A model generated the notes under the pieces. It saw only the letters and a program-made list of their open reading frames with translations, was not told the DNA's origin and searched no databases. Positions 1 to 51,094 of a stretch of DNA of 64,000 nt are shown in pieces; the first letter of the stretch is position 1, and every line of letters starts with the position of its first letter. The translations under genes and the position numbers were made by a program. Source of the stretch: Antedon mediterranea (Eukaryota > Animalia > Echinodermata); assembly GCF_964355755.1 (NCBI RefSeq), contig NC_092674.1:18538001-18602000 (forward strand), given 5' to 3'.

Positions 1-8298
<8,298 letters not shown>

Positions 8299-8999
8299 TA
8301 TATACACCAACTGAAATAGAAGACAGTAAGCATCCGTCAGTAATCTAATTTTAATTTGGCCGCTATCAATTTAATTGGACATTGGATTGATAAAACATAG
8401 GCTAGGTTTATGAGATATGCAATATTGTCATTTAAAATAATAGTATTGACATTTCCATCAAACAAATAATATCAATCACCTCAGTCACATCATTGCATAA
8501 ACATGATAATTATTTCAGCTTTATTTTGTGACCTTTTTTATTGACAGTAAAACACTGAATTGTAACTTACTGAATATAGGCCTATTGGTCGAAAATCTGG
8601 ACACTCGGGATACATCTTATTATAATTTAGAAAGAAAGGATCAAAATCAGGAAACAAAAATAATTTGGAGATTATTTGGCTATGAATTAAAGAATTTATT
8701 AACAAATGAATTTATGCATAATTTTTTTAATTTTGTCTTGGTGAAAAGGGAGGATACTGCATATTCCTCCCCATAATTTCAGCCTCTCTACCCGAACACA
8801 AATAAGATAGTTTAACAAGAAAGATTTTAATCATGTATTTTACTACCCTCTTTCGTTTTTACATTTTAATTAACATCGTATCTAAATTTGCAAATTAAAA
8901 CAAATATGGTTAATACTGAATTCAAGCATCTTATTACGTAAATATACCCGTATTTTAACTACTTTCAAAACTTACTTTAATTGTCACGAATGTACATAT

Positions 9000-9420
9000 A
9001 TACTGTATATAATATATTCATAACTGAGAATTTAAATAAACGTGAGAAAAATATTTAAGTAAACTGTTGCATTTTCTCAAGAACTACTTGTCCAAAAAAC
9101 TTCATTTTTATAGGAGAGGTAAGAGTTATAATTTGTGATTTACTTTATTTATGGAATATTTCAGATTCTGATAAATGTGAGTTTTGTAACAATGGTGAGA
9201 AAATGCATTGCATTATGTTCTGGTATTGCACCAAGGTAAACGTTCACTGTAGCCACATTAAGATGTGAAACGCTTCAATGCTCAGATGTTTTCCTAGAAC
9301 ATGGCAATCCTCGGTTGAATTTTATTTTTTTGCATCTGTACATACACCATTTACAAAGAAAATTACTTAAAATGTTAAAATAAAAAACTGCTCCATTAAT
9401 TAATATGGTAGTTTATAAGC
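9000..9420 (+). mobile_element. 3' fragment of an L1/Tx1-like LINE (C-terminal zinc finger)
   Basis: Translates to ...LWNISDSDKCEFCNNGE..MFWYCTKV, a zf-RVT-like C-terminus. Confidence 0.5.
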
Positions 9421-9449
9421 TTCATGGAGACAAAAAGTTACATTGTGTT

Positions 9450-12400
9450 TAAAAAAAAAAATGTTAAGTGACTGAGAGTTGACGGGCAATTAACAAATTG
9501 CCTAAATGGAGACCGGGTACTATACGCTGAAACCCTTAAAACACCTTTGCCAAGGTTTGTAAGCGTTTTAAACTTCAAAACGAGAATGTTTCGCGATGAT
9601 CAAATAGATGAACGAATTAAGTGCTCAAAATGCCTTATAAATGATCATAATGCTTGTGGTTTGGAGGGTCATAAAAGGGACCAATGTGGTGCAGAAAAGC
9701 TGTTACACGATGATTAGGGTGAAATTCTCATCCAAGAAATGTCATTTCATGGAAAAAAAGGCTCTGGACACTTATAAGAATAATAGAAGATAAAGAAGAA
9801 TCAGTATCAGATGAAAGTGAAGAGAGTGGCGAAGATAATGATGAGGAAAGCGAACCAACAAAGGAGAAACAAAAGAAACAAGGAAAGATAACAAGTTTTA
9901 TGAATGCTCCCGCTAGCTCCACCGTAGGCCTTCAAGTGGTTAAAGAGAAAAAAAATACCAAGAAAGAAGAGGAACAAACTGAGCAAAAAATCTCACCTTT
10001 GATGCCGGGAACGAAAAGAAGACTCAAAGCAAGTAAAAGTAAGAATGACGGACAAAAGAAATAATTTTGTAGACACACCAACCTAAAAAGTTTATAATAG
10101 TGTCTATATTACAGATACCAAAAACCATTTTTTATGTATTTTACGATCCACCGCATGTGTATTACAGTATGTGTGTGTATACTTTAAATATAGATAAATG
10201 GGTTAGCTGTTTGGTGTATACAATTTAATTAATTTATAAGCTATAACAGATAGATGGATAAAGCAAGCATTTATTGCGTCTCTATAAACGTAAGAGGTTT
10301 ACGTAAAATAGATAAACAAAGGCAGATAGGCCTACGTAGTTGGTGTAAAGACCAAACGGCTGACATTGTACTTATAACAAAACTCCCGGATGTGATGGCT
10401 GTGACCGTTGAGTTTTATTTACATTTCTGGGATGAAATTAAACAAATTGTTTGTGACGCTCTAAATGAATGTTATTTAAACAATGAAATGAGTTGTACAC
10501 AGAAACATGGTATTATAAGTCTATTATACAAAAAAGATGATAAAAAATTGCTAGAAAACTGGCGTCCTATTACGTTATTAAATACAGACTACAAAATGGG
10601 AACACAGTATATAAGACTTCATAAAGTAATTGAAAATGTAGTTGACAATGACCAAAAGGGGTACATTAAAGGACGTTTCACTGGAGAAAACGTCCGTCTA
10701 ATTAATGATATTCTGCATTATACAACAGAAGAACAAATTGAAGGAGCTATTCTACCCCTTGATTTTAGAAAAGCCTTTGATTCTGTAAATAGAGATTTTA
10801 TGTTTAAGGTACTAACAAAATTTAATTTTGGAGACTCCTTTTCCTTTTTAAAATGAGTAAATACAATTTATAGTAAGACTGAATGTGTTATTGTTAATGA
10901 TGGTTGGATATCAGAAAGTTTTGAAATAGAATGCGGAATAAGACAGGGTTGCCCATTGTCGGCGTTACTCTTTATTTTAGTAGTAGAAATTATGGCGTGT
11001 AATATAAGAAAAGATAAATGCTATAAAGGAATACTTTTACCTAACAATGATAATGGTGAGGAAGTTCGCATTGCGCATCTGGCAGATGACACTGTACTCT
11101 TTGTGGGAAATGAAAAAAGTATAGATTGGTTTAAATATTGTTAGTAAGTTTGGTAAAGTGTTTGGTATGAATTTAGATTTTAAAAAAAACCAACGCTAGC
11201 CTATATGGATTGGCAAAAATATAAACAAAATCGAAAAACCATGTAGTCTAAATTGGGTTGATGAACCAATTAACTTTAATCGGTAAAAAGGTATGCCTGA
11301 TTTCGCATTACACATAAAAGCTCTGAAAATGATATGGGCAAGAAAATTACTGTGTAGAAAATACGTAAGATGTTGACACTATACTATTTTAACAAATTTG
11401 GAAATGAACAACTAATTTTGAGTAGGCCTATGTCAAATATCAATTTATCAACATGGGTTTAGACAATATACAATCATTTTATTATAATCTTCTAAAGTGT
11501 TGTGTTGAATTTAATAATATGAATAATGAAGGTACAATTAACATGTATGATGAAGTGATAAAGCAAAACTTATGAGGTAATAATTATATTAAATATAGAA
11601 ACAAACCACTATTCTTTAAGAACTGGATAGATGCAGGTTTTAATTAAATTTAGATATAATTATTTTCAATCGTCTAATGAAACCTATAGAAATGCTTAAA
11701 CAACTACGTATTAAGAAAAAGAAAATTTACTTAAAAGAAAAACTGGATAGCTGAATATGTTTTATTAACTAGAGCTATTCCAAAAGAGTGGTGAAGTATA
11801 ATTAAACGTAATATGCCAAATATGAACCAATATATGAATGTGAATCTGGAATACAATATTAACAATATAATATAGTTAACGAATGAGGGTACGTTTATTG
11901 TAAATACATAATATAAAAATAACGCTTAAAAGAGAACGACGTTTCGACTCCATCATGGGGTCATTATCAAGTCCAATGAATAAAATATAAAACAACAACT
12001 AATTAAGTAGCACAAGCCAAGGGTCAAAGTTTAAATAACAAAAGACCTATTGTCTAACATCCTGTCAAATGAAAAGCTTAGCTTTTACAGAGTCACTTTG
12101 TTTATTCAGACTAGGTTTTAATTGTCTGATATACAACATTTCATAGATAAGACAGTCAAATTTGTTTTTGCATTTCCTAAGTATACTAAAACATGAATTA
12201 ATTTTACTTGGATTAACAATCACGTTATGATCCTTCAAATGCTGTCCTATTAACCTGACAACAAAACATATTTATTCTAACATCGTTAATAATGATTTTA
12301 ATTCCCCGAAAAGCATACTTAAATGGAATGACGTATTTAACAAAGATATCAAGTGGTGTGATGTCTGGAAAAGGAAAAAGTGAAAAACGAAAAACTAAGA

Positions 12401-12830
12401 AATTTGCCCAATTGAATTACAAATTACTAAATAGAATTGTACTTACAAATCTAAAACTGTATAACTGGAAACTGAAAAATAGTAAAATATGTAATAATTG
12501 TGGAGTCATTGAAGACGAAAACGATATGTTTTATTATTGTAGACGTAATCACATACTGTGGAATAAAATTGACAATAATAGCCTATATTTTAAAAGTTAA
12601 ATAACAGCAGTAGCTCGTTCAAAGAACTCCTGTTAGGATGTAACTTTCAAATAAAAAATCAATTGTCGTGTACGTCATATACACAATTAAAATTCTAACT
12701 GAGCTTAAAAAACCTGTATACCAGAATCCCTGGATTCAGTTTAAATTTATTTTATAAGATATGAACACACTAGGCATATTGTAACCTATAAGTGGCATCC
12801 ATATTTGAAGTGTATTTATGTATTGACATG
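9450..12830 (+). mobile_element. Degenerate L1/Tx1-clade non-LTR retrotransposon (ORF1 zinc-knuckle remnant, internally deleted APE-RT ORF2)
   Basis: CGLEGHKRDQC knuckle (~9655); SINVRGLR endonuclease start (10254); NWRPITLLNTDYK, DFRKAFDSV, GIRQGCPLS and LADD RT motifs; CNNCG...MFYYC C-terminus (~12490); stops and frameshifts throughout. Confidence 0.85.
11880..12260 (-). mobile_element. Penelope-like element 3' fragment nested in the Tx1 element
   Basis: The minus strand gives ILRKCKNKFDCLIYEMLYIRQLKPSLNKQSDSVKAKLFI* (GIY-YIG C-terminus), then a CTTGATAA..hairpin..GAAACGTCG motif and AATAAA. Confidence 0.8.
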
Positions 12831-14086
12831 ACATACGTTTCCAAAATATACTGTATTTTAAAATGTATTATATCATGTACAAAATGAAGTGTGGACTTTT
12901 ATGTTATTTGTATGCATAATCAAAACACTATGTATAAAGGTTAAAAGTGTAAAAATCAGAAAATAGCGAAAAAAGTAGACAACAAAATATAAATGAATGT
13001 GATTTTAAAAAAAAATTTTCAGTAATGGTATGATTACGAAATGTTAAAATTATTAACGATATTAAAGAGGGAAAACAGAAAATAACGGGGAAAAGGTAGA
13101 AAATGGATAGAAATTATGTAATCATGAATGAATGAATGATGAATGGAAAGGATGTGATGAACCACAGAAGATAAAACAAAATAATTTGTGATTTGTAATT
13201 TTAAAACTTAATTTGATTTAATGTTTTTTTGATACGAAAGTTTAAAAAACCCTTTTTTTCAAATTCATTCGCGTGTTTGTGGCGTTTTGACCAAATAAGA
13301 CCAAACAACTGGTATCACCTGCACCCGACTCCAAGAATTAAACTTTCAATTGTGGAACTGGTACTTCGCCATGGCGAATTATGTGCATATCTTTGATATA
13401 ACCCTGCTCTTTTCTTTAGGTGTAACATTTTATAATAACATTCATACTGCATGCAATATTTTACAACAGCATACCAGCATTTTTTTTAAATACAAATACA
13501 ACTCCGGAATAATATGAATTGAATTTTGTTTACGCTTTTATGTATTGCGGTACTGAATTACTATTTATAATTCTTCAAGTATGTATTTCTTTATTGTACA
13601 CTAAATTACAACATATTAAAATAAATTGAAACGATTTCTTTTCTCCCTAATCGATTTGACTAACAACTGCACAAAAAAACAGTTTGTATTAAAATATCTT
13701 GAAGTGTAACTTACAGCTATCACTGGCCCTTTTGTGTTTCGTAATACTTGGTTTTTGTTATGTTCTAAATAAAAGAGTACTCTCATTTTTTTTTTTGCAT
13801 CGTCATTTCTACGTCCCCCACTCGCAAAAAGGACGCCGAAAGGCTTCTTTAAGACAAATACAGAATTCTTTAAGATATGGATGAAGAAAGATGGAAAAAA
13901 TGTACAAAGGCCTACTAAGGAGAGTAAATGAGAAAAGGACATTAAATACTGTTTGATTTGGAAAAATGAAATAGATATTCCGTATAATTAGATTAGAATT
14001 ACCTATTAAAATAGGTTACCGTATATAAGGTAGAATGTAAAGTGCCGTCATGGTCCTATAGAAAAATAACAGTGAATCTGGATGAA

Positions 14087-14426
14087 TGGAACGATACAGA
14101 TGAGGAAATCTGTGAGAATGTGAAAAAGTCGTCCAACCGAGTCTCGAACCCGGAACCTTCTGCTTGATATGCAGATGTCCTAACCATTAGACCACTGGGG
14201 CTTTCTTGGTATTGTTCAAACTCGATTGGATAGCAACTCTTTAACATTCTCGGCGTGGTACGGCTGAACAGCACTAGTCCCTCAATTGTACGCACGCGTA
14301 TCTCTACGTATATCCCGCTTCGTGAATAAAAATAATGGTTTAGGACATCTGCATATGAAGCAGAAGGTTCCGGGTTCGAGTCTCGGTTGGAGCATTCTCA
14401 CAGATTTCCTTATCTTTATCGTTTCA
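14087..14426. mobile_element. Palindromic element whose two arms are tRNA-derived (A box and B box), facing outward
   Basis: 14087-14190 is the reverse complement of 14333-14426; arm sequence ...TGGTCTAATGGTTAGGACATCTGCATATCAAGCAGAAGGTTCCGGGTTCGAGAC...; degenerate relative at ~41040-41175. Confidence 0.7.
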
Positions 14427-14891
14427 AATATGTATATATGATTATATATATGATATGCCAGTTTTCAAAACAAATTTCTGACTCAAACAAATTTTTAAAT
14501 GGACAAAATAAAGGTATTATAAAATAATATGAAAAGAACTTATGACAGAAACAAATTGAGTAACGCTATTGAAAAACTTTCTTGCCTATAATATAAATCA
14601 TTTAACTGACTATTTACGATCCAGTTTGTTAAAATTAAAAAATACTATGTTATCTCTGATTGACAACTAAAACTATCGACTTTCTCATAGGATATTACTA
14701 AATTGTCATCAACAATTGATCTAAACCAATCGAAAATAAAAAGAACCTGCCTTTTTCATTTATAAATGAGTTACATGTATTGTGTTTATGTCATTTTAAC
14801 TAATTTGCTAGGCCTATGCTTATTGCTTGCTCATCCTGGCAAGATTGTACTTGATGACATGCCGAAGAAATATTATTATTAATACAAAAAA

Positions 14892-15030
14892 ACACTACGT
14901 TTTGGAGGCATCGATGAAAAACCCAACGAAAATACAACATTAAAACTAAAGGAAATAATAGAAAAGGAACTACATCTGCCGGACATCGTCATCCAGATAG
15001 AAAATTCTCATCGTACAGGTAAGAAAAGCA
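14892..15030 (+). mobile_element. LINE ORF1 (RRM-like) fragment
   Basis: TLRFGGIDEKPNENT...IQIENSHRTGKK matches the L1/L2 ORF1 pattern LRxxGxxE...IExxHR. Confidence 0.6.
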
Positions 15031-15989
15031 CTGATAAGGCATGTATTTGTAGACAAAAATTACAATATTAAAATAACTTACAATTCAATAACACCATAAG
15101 GCCCGAGAATGCTTACTTTGATCAATATATTGTTGTGTCATACCTGTACCGATAGTTAAGTTAATACTAAACAACAAATAATTGTTATTTATCTGTTGCT
15201 GGTATCAGTGTGAGCAAATAAAAAACGTACCTGCAAATATTTTATGAAAATTCAAATTACAAATTCACTCATGATAACAATTGAACTACTACAATTATGA
15301 ATATTTTATCCTTTATTAACTTTTATGCGCTGTATTTATTTTTACAAATGATGCTTCTTCCTCGGGAGGTATTTTAAGGCCTAAGTCTAAGGCCTATGGT
15401 TTAATGGTAGGCCTATCCGACTGTTTTTTGTTTTCTGACGTCTTATTCTTAAACCTAACTAGTTCGAATTATACGAATTGAGAAAGATGTTAGCTTCATC
15501 TTCCTGTAACATAGTTTCATGTTCCTGTAACATATCTTAGGTAATGAAATAAGTACGTTTTATTTCTATTACAGCAATCGGCTGGATTCGGAAAGATTCG
15601 AGGATTTTTTTTACATTTAAGTATATCTTTTTTTTTAAATCCAGCAGTTGGAAATTCTGAGATACCTCCAATATCTTCTACGTGAATTCTTTGATATATA
15701 ATTCGTGCCATAGAAAAGTTCGACATTAAGACAGAATAATGTCATGGTGTCACATTGCGCTCCCATATTTGGTTTAGTTATTTTAGTTTTCTGTAGACAT
15801 CAACGTAATAATGTATTGCTATCTCAGGATATAGTTTATTATTTTTTATTGGTGACACAAATTCTGGTGGCATAATTATTTCCAAGGATTACTACAAGAA
15901 ATATAATAACGTTTTATTGATCCCTAAGAGAAATATATATTTTGCTATTTATTGTATAATGACTATTTTTTTTAATTGAAAAGTTTATC

Positions 15990-16480
15990 TGTGTGTTGAG
16001 CAAGTAATATTTACTGACACGGTACGTTCTACTGGCCTTCTATCAATAAATTATGGTTGTAGTATTTGGTGTAATGCAAGTAAAACGGATATCGATAGGA
16101 GGCCTACTTTGGAACACAATAGACAAATAAAATAGTAGCTCCCAAGACTCCTCTTCATGTTTCTAAAATTAGTAGATAAGCTTTTTTGTCATGCAATGCA
16201 GCAATGTTGGTATGACATTGAGGGAAGGTATGATCTGGGTTACCAATTTTATAAGACCTATATTGAATTGTTTAATAAACATGTGTGTGAAGGAAAGCAA
16301 AATCTTCACTTACTCAATCCAATTTCTGTTTTTCATAAGATGATAAGATTTACTAAGAAATGTAAGAAAACTCAATATTCCTTTGTCAGAATTAGAAAAT
16401 CTCAATTTTGTGTTACCTACAATGGACCTAAATTATGGAATAACTTGTATGTGTATCAGTTTTTATTCGTTTAAATCTTA
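15990..16480 (+). mobile_element. Degenerate CR1/L2-like LINE 3' fragment
   Basis: INYGCSIWCNAS and YNGPKLWNNL motifs typical of the CR1/L2 RT C-terminus. Confidence 0.55.
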
Positions 16481-16525
16481 TTGACATTCACTAATTTGAT
16501 CATGATACTGTTATTTTTTTGTCTA

Positions 16526-16592
16526 AACAGTTCGAATTTTCCATTTAACTAATCTTTTTAAAAGATTAGTTAAATGGAAAATTCGAACTGTT
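16526..16592. repeat. Perfect 67-bp palindrome (33-bp arms, 1-nt spacer)
   Basis: aacagttcgaattttccatttaactaatctttt-t-aaaagattagttaaatggaaaattcgaactgtt. Confidence 0.95.
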
Positions 16593-19115
16593 AGTAGATC
16601 AACCGTATGATATTGATGTTGATTTGCTTTTGATTATTATGTTTATTTAGGAATCTTATGAATAAGTAGTATTTTTACTTCTAATTGGATTCCTAAAAAA
16701 AGTAGTCAGTATTATTTACATTTATCGTTTAATTTACGATTTTATTTACACTTTCTGTTTTGATGATAATGACTTTCTTTTTTGAATAAATGTTGAATTT
16801 AATTGTGGGAGATTAGGCAATGGTATGATTGGTGGTGGTATGTAGCTTATATTAATACAGCTTAAGGCCATAGGCCTACTAATGTAGTAGTAGGATACAG
16901 CACATCCATAAATGACCGTCGTCATCGTCAAACTTTTCCATTTGAACGAATATTATAATATGGATCTCCAAAATAACTTCACATTAAAATGTGATTTCAT
17001 TTAATCTAAGCGTTGCAAAGATATATATGACCATTTTGTTTTCAATGGGTCAAAATATTCAAATTGAGGTCAGAGGTCAAAGATGAATTTTAGAAATTTG
17101 ACAACATGGGTTTACGGATTCCAGCAAGCTTCAAATATTCATAAAAAACACAATTTTTACACTGTACTTTCCCCATGATTTGCACACGAAGGCACTTTTT
17201 TGACATAGGGAATGTGGTTCTAGAAATGTATTGCCTAATATAGTAGGCCTACCACCACCATCCCCACTTCCTTTTCCAACCAAATATTATTACTTTCTTT
17301 TTTACAATTAAATAATCCATTATTCTATATGCACGCCCCCGCACAGAGCAGCATGCTAGCTCATCACATTAACATAATTCAAATTGCACACACCATCACA
17401 CCACATCGGCGACGTGTGCCAGCGGTGCGGATTTTAGATACATAAATTAAACAGGTCACGTTCCGATCATTCCATTATTGTCAATTCATTTCACATTATT
17501 TTATATCGTTGTTTTTATTTAAATCTTCAGTTATGTTTTTTATTGTTTTGTGTAGAAATTATTTTCTATTATGCTATTTAGCATAATTAAATTAGTATAC
17601 ATTATTGTCATTTCGTGAGGAAAAGGCCTACCTATTTGCGAATGGTCTAGTCCGACGACGACAAAAAATGACAGTTGTTGTTTTCATTTGATCTTTCTTT
17701 ACATCAATTCATAAAGGCGAATTTTAAGCTAATGTAAAATGGTATGTAATTCAAAAAAGGTAAGAAATTTAAACATACAACTTCATTGATATTATCATTC
17801 ATTCTTTTCAATGTGATCTGATAATAGAAACAAACATTTTATATGATATGAACATCCTGGTGGTGTGTGGATTCATTATTGCCATCCATGTTCATCATTC
17901 ATAAAGAGATGTGGGAGATGAGGCAACACAATGCCATCATCAATTCATCCGGTTAGTGGTGGTCGTGTATTAGGTCGGCTAGGCTAATAATATGATAGTA
18001 TACGTCTAGTCTACATATACAGTAGTAGTAGTAGGATGCATCACATTAGCTATATATCACTAAACATTTTCTTTAATAAATCTTGTATGCGAAAGTTATT
18101 AAAATTCAGAGTATTAACAAATATATCCACAAAACTTTTTTATTTTGTTTAGTCAGCAAAGCATGCATAATGAATTTAAAATACTAGTACATTGTTATTA
18201 ATAAGATGTAGTTATGGGATGATGTTTCGTTCCAAAATCAATTAATAAAACTTTATAATGTACTAGCGTATGCGCACACAGTTGTTCTATGCCGCAAGTA
18301 CTTATGTACGCTGCCTGTACACATCGATATTTCAAATATGCAATTACATTTTTAAAATATAAAAAAGCGTTGAACGTATTTTGTTGCTCCTGTGTACTTT
18401 ACATGCATTAATGGCTCACAATTTTGACACAATTTGATCTGCATATCACATGACTTCAATCCAATGTCCTAACTCTTTATATAAGAGCTCTAGGTTGTGT
18501 TTAAAACAGCTGCCCTCTATAAGTACAGTAGGCCAAACTATATATACTAATTACTATGCTATACAGTACTATAAATGATGTCAGCCATAGGTTACACATA
18601 CACACACACGCATTTAACATCTCGTACCACATTTTCCCCAAGATTTTAATATTTGTTTGCTCAATCAATTATCCTTTTTAAAAATTACAAATTAATATTT
18701 TAATTTTGATGACGTCATAATAGTGTTAACGGTTCCCATAATCCCACCTATGCTACACTGTATGTAGTTATTATACCACTTTACTATGTATTGTGTATAC
18801 TATGACACAAAATAGACAGAATTCAACATTAAAAAATAGTATTTTCTTCAGGTCATAATGGAATAATCTTTTATTTTTAATAATTTAATTTATTCTGTTG
18901 ATGATAAGAATGATTGATAAAGAATATTTGATTTGAAACGATACTCAAAAGTTTTGAAAATGTATGAATCTGAAAAAATGTGTTTAAAGGGCTTTTTAAA
19001 ATGGTTGAATTAGCTAGTTCCCAATTTTTTTAGGAAATGGCATAAAACCAGTTTGATGTTTAAAATTTCAAACTGGTTTATGCAACCAGTTTAAAGTTTT
19101 ATTTTTCATGCCTTA

Positions 19116-19305
19116 AGGCCAATTTACACAGACGAGCGATAACGGTAATAAAAATATAGAATCTATGTTATTCCTTATGACCATTTACACACAATACAGA
19201 GCGGACGGACGGTTTCCGCTCAGGATAGATACAGATTCTATACTATGTGGGACAAGCTATGCGGTTTTCTGCTTACCGTTACCGCTCGTCTGTGTAAATT
19301 GGCCT
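19116..19305. mobile_element. PIF/Harbinger (Tourist-like) MITE
   Basis: ~30-bp TIR aggccaatttacacagacgagcg... / ...cgctcgtctgtgtaaattggcct; TTA on both flanks. Confidence 0.85.
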
Positions 19306-19650
19306 TTAGGCTCCTTTTACCACCCCTTCAGCATGCTTTATGAACCCAGTTTAGATGCTCATTACATTTACCTGGCCATGCACACAATAAACTCACATTG
19401 CTTGTTGATTCTGGTCCCTTCATTTCTGTTGATGTTTTCTAATGCTACTGTAGCAAAATACTTATTTTAAATCTATATTATTCTATAATTTCAGGTTTAA
19501 ATTGAATACTGTAAATATTTGACTGAGAGGTCCAGTATCTTTCATAGAAATCTGCTCTATTGATAAGGATTCAATGTGGTACTAAGTAGAGATTCTGTGC
19601 CAAGTTCATTTTCGTAGCTCATTCAACAACTTACAACAAAACATAAAAAA

Positions 19651-48304
<28,654 letters not shown>

Positions 48305-48500
48305 GTAAGTTACATCATGTACATAATACTGAAGATGTGAAACTTTGTTATTGAGAAAATGTATACCTTCAATAATAAATATTTTCTCTAAAATGTTAAC
48401 AAGTAGAATTGAAATTCAAGCAATATTTAGACTTTATTTATTGAACGAAATATCTGAATACTGTGTTTGTCTTAGTTATAACACTGTCTCTACTCTACTC

Positions 48501-48973
48501 CCCCCTTTCACACCAAAAGCAAAACTCCGGAGACACTCAGGAGTTGACGCCCCAGTGTTTTTATGTGAAAGGTAAAATCAAACAACGCCGGAGTTCAAAA
48601 CAGCGGGGTTGAACAGCTGAACGTTCTCAGGAGGGCGAACTGCAAAGACACACACACAAAAGGTCATCAACACGATCACACATTGCTTTAGTTTATTTCA
48701 AAATATTTTTAATTAAAACTAATAAGTAATACCAATAAAACATTATATGACTTCTGAGACATTTGAAAGTATTATTAAATTTAAAATATTGAATCTAATG
48801 ATCGTCACATTTAAACAAACAAAATAGAGGGCAACATTTACAATTTTATTTTATAAACCCCGGTGTTGCTAGGTTGGTGTGAAAGGGGTATCCCCGGAGT
48901 TTCTCGACATTTTGAATGGTTGTAAACCTCTTGGTGTCTCCAGAGATTACTCCAGAGTTTTGGTGTGAAAGGG
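48501..48973. mobile_element. MITE (Harbinger-like)
   Basis: TIR cccctttcacaccaaaa / ttttggtgtgaaaggg; an extra right end at ~48875-48888. Confidence 0.65.
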
Positions 48974-51094
48974 ATAATATTGTGATCAACAGTTCTATTA
49001 TTTAAATTTCATGTAATTTATAAATATCAAGAATTTTTAAGTGTGATCTGAACTAATAGCAAACTAGATTTGAACTCGTCACTACGGACGAGTTAGGTTA
49101 TCCGCAGCACAAACGGCACGTGCACGTCATACGTTAGAATATTGCGCGCAGTATAACAATTATGCCATTGAAAAAATGTTAGTGCGCTCTCTATTTTACG
49201 TCACATCTAAGTATATACAGTATACACTATATACTGTATACGTACTACATACAGTGTAGAGGTGAAAATAAGTGACCAAAGTTATTGAAACTTTTGGACA
49301 TGATGACGTCATCACAATTTTAAAAAAGGTATATCATGCGAAAGATAATTGATCGGCCTAGATAATATAAAAAAGTGGGGGTAAGTGGAATATGGATAAG
49401 TTGAGATGCGCTCTATTCAATGTGACGAGCTATGACGAAAGAGACAAAAATCCTATATTTCATATTCGAGTGGCCATACGATGACGTCACAATGTCCGGT
49501 TAGCCATATCGATGCATGATTCGATATCTACAACTCATCAACTTCCAGAATATGTAATTTTAAAAAAGTTCACCACATAGTTTACAATCTATGACTGTTT
49601 TAAAAAAGGCATAATTTTGACGAATTTTTGAACTTTTTCATCAAAAACGCGCGCAAATTGTTCAATTCTACGTGTTCGTATGACGTGATTTTAAGTCGAA
49701 ATTGATTGAAAATTGGTAAATTCACTAGAAAAGGCGCGCCTGGGATTTTTTGAAATGCTCAAAATGACCTGAAACGCGCAGAAAGTTGATTAGAAATTGA
49801 ATTTTCGCATTTTGAAATTTTAAACGCGCGTGCGAGCGTAATTTTCTGTGAAACATGCCATTTTTAATCCATAGAAAGTTTGCCCTTGGTATAACTTAAA
49901 TTTTCACAAAGTTTCAATAAAAAATGACTTTTGGTTTTCAATATATGATCAATCATTGAAATTCATAAAATCGCGCATAACTTACGCTGCGCAACTCCGA
50001 AATCGTTGAAAAGCTTGGCTGCACATCTACAGCTATAGGTCAATCTTATAACAAAGTTATACAATCTTATGTTGGCCAGAAGATAGAGATACGCTGCGGA
50101 CAAAATTCGTGGAAAGAAAGAAGAACATAGAAAAAACTAGGTTTGAACTCGTCACTTTGACGAGTTCGGGTTATCCGCAGAAATGCAACATGCACATACG
50201 TTAAACTATTATGAACGTCGACAATTATTATGCCATCCTATGACATGAATTAAATATGTTTACAGTGCTGAATTGTACCTATATCATTGCGGAATTATAA
50301 CAGAATACACTGTATGTTATATACAGTGTAACATAGATAACATTTTGAGACTCATCTTTCAAACTAAACACATAGATAGCAATTTTGGAAGGGAATTATC
50401 TGAGCAACAACAAAATAACGCGTTGAAGAAATTTGGAAACGTAGAATATGGATGCGCGCTCTTTTAAATGTCATGAACTATGACGCAAAATATGAAAATA
50501 CAACTTTTTTTATTTAACTGGCCATATGATGACGTCACCACATCCGATTGGCAAAATTTTCACATGATTTTGTATCTACAATCCAATAGCTTCCAGAAAA
50601 CGTTTTAATCGTGATTATCACATTTTATTCTTACGAGCTATAACAGATTAAAATTTACTGTAAAGATGAAATTAATGCCATACGTAATTTAAATTTTTAG
50701 GCATGATGACGTCAAAAAAATTAAAATATTATATAAATAATCTAGACAATATCACAATCGGGGTGAAAATGGAAAACGGATAAGTGAAGATGCGCTCTAT
50801 TAAATGTGATGACCTATTACGAAAGTGGCTGCGTGGCCATACGATGACGTCACAATGTCCGGTTAGCCATATTAATACATGATCCGATATCTACAACTCA
50901 TCAACTTCCAGAATATGTCATCCACAAAAAGTTGACCGTGTAGTTTAGAAATTACGACTGTTTAAAAAAAGGCATAATTTTGACAAATTTTGGAACTTTT
51001 TCATCAAAAACGCGCGCAAATTGTCCAATTCGACGTGCTCGTATGACGTAACTTTAAGTCGAAATTGTTTAAAAGTTAGTAAAATTACTAGAAA

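Noticed and set aside
14128-14200. Functional tRNA gene
   Set aside because: The acceptor stem pairs poorly, and the unit is one arm of an inverted repeat with decayed copies, so it is treated as a tRNA-derived repeat.
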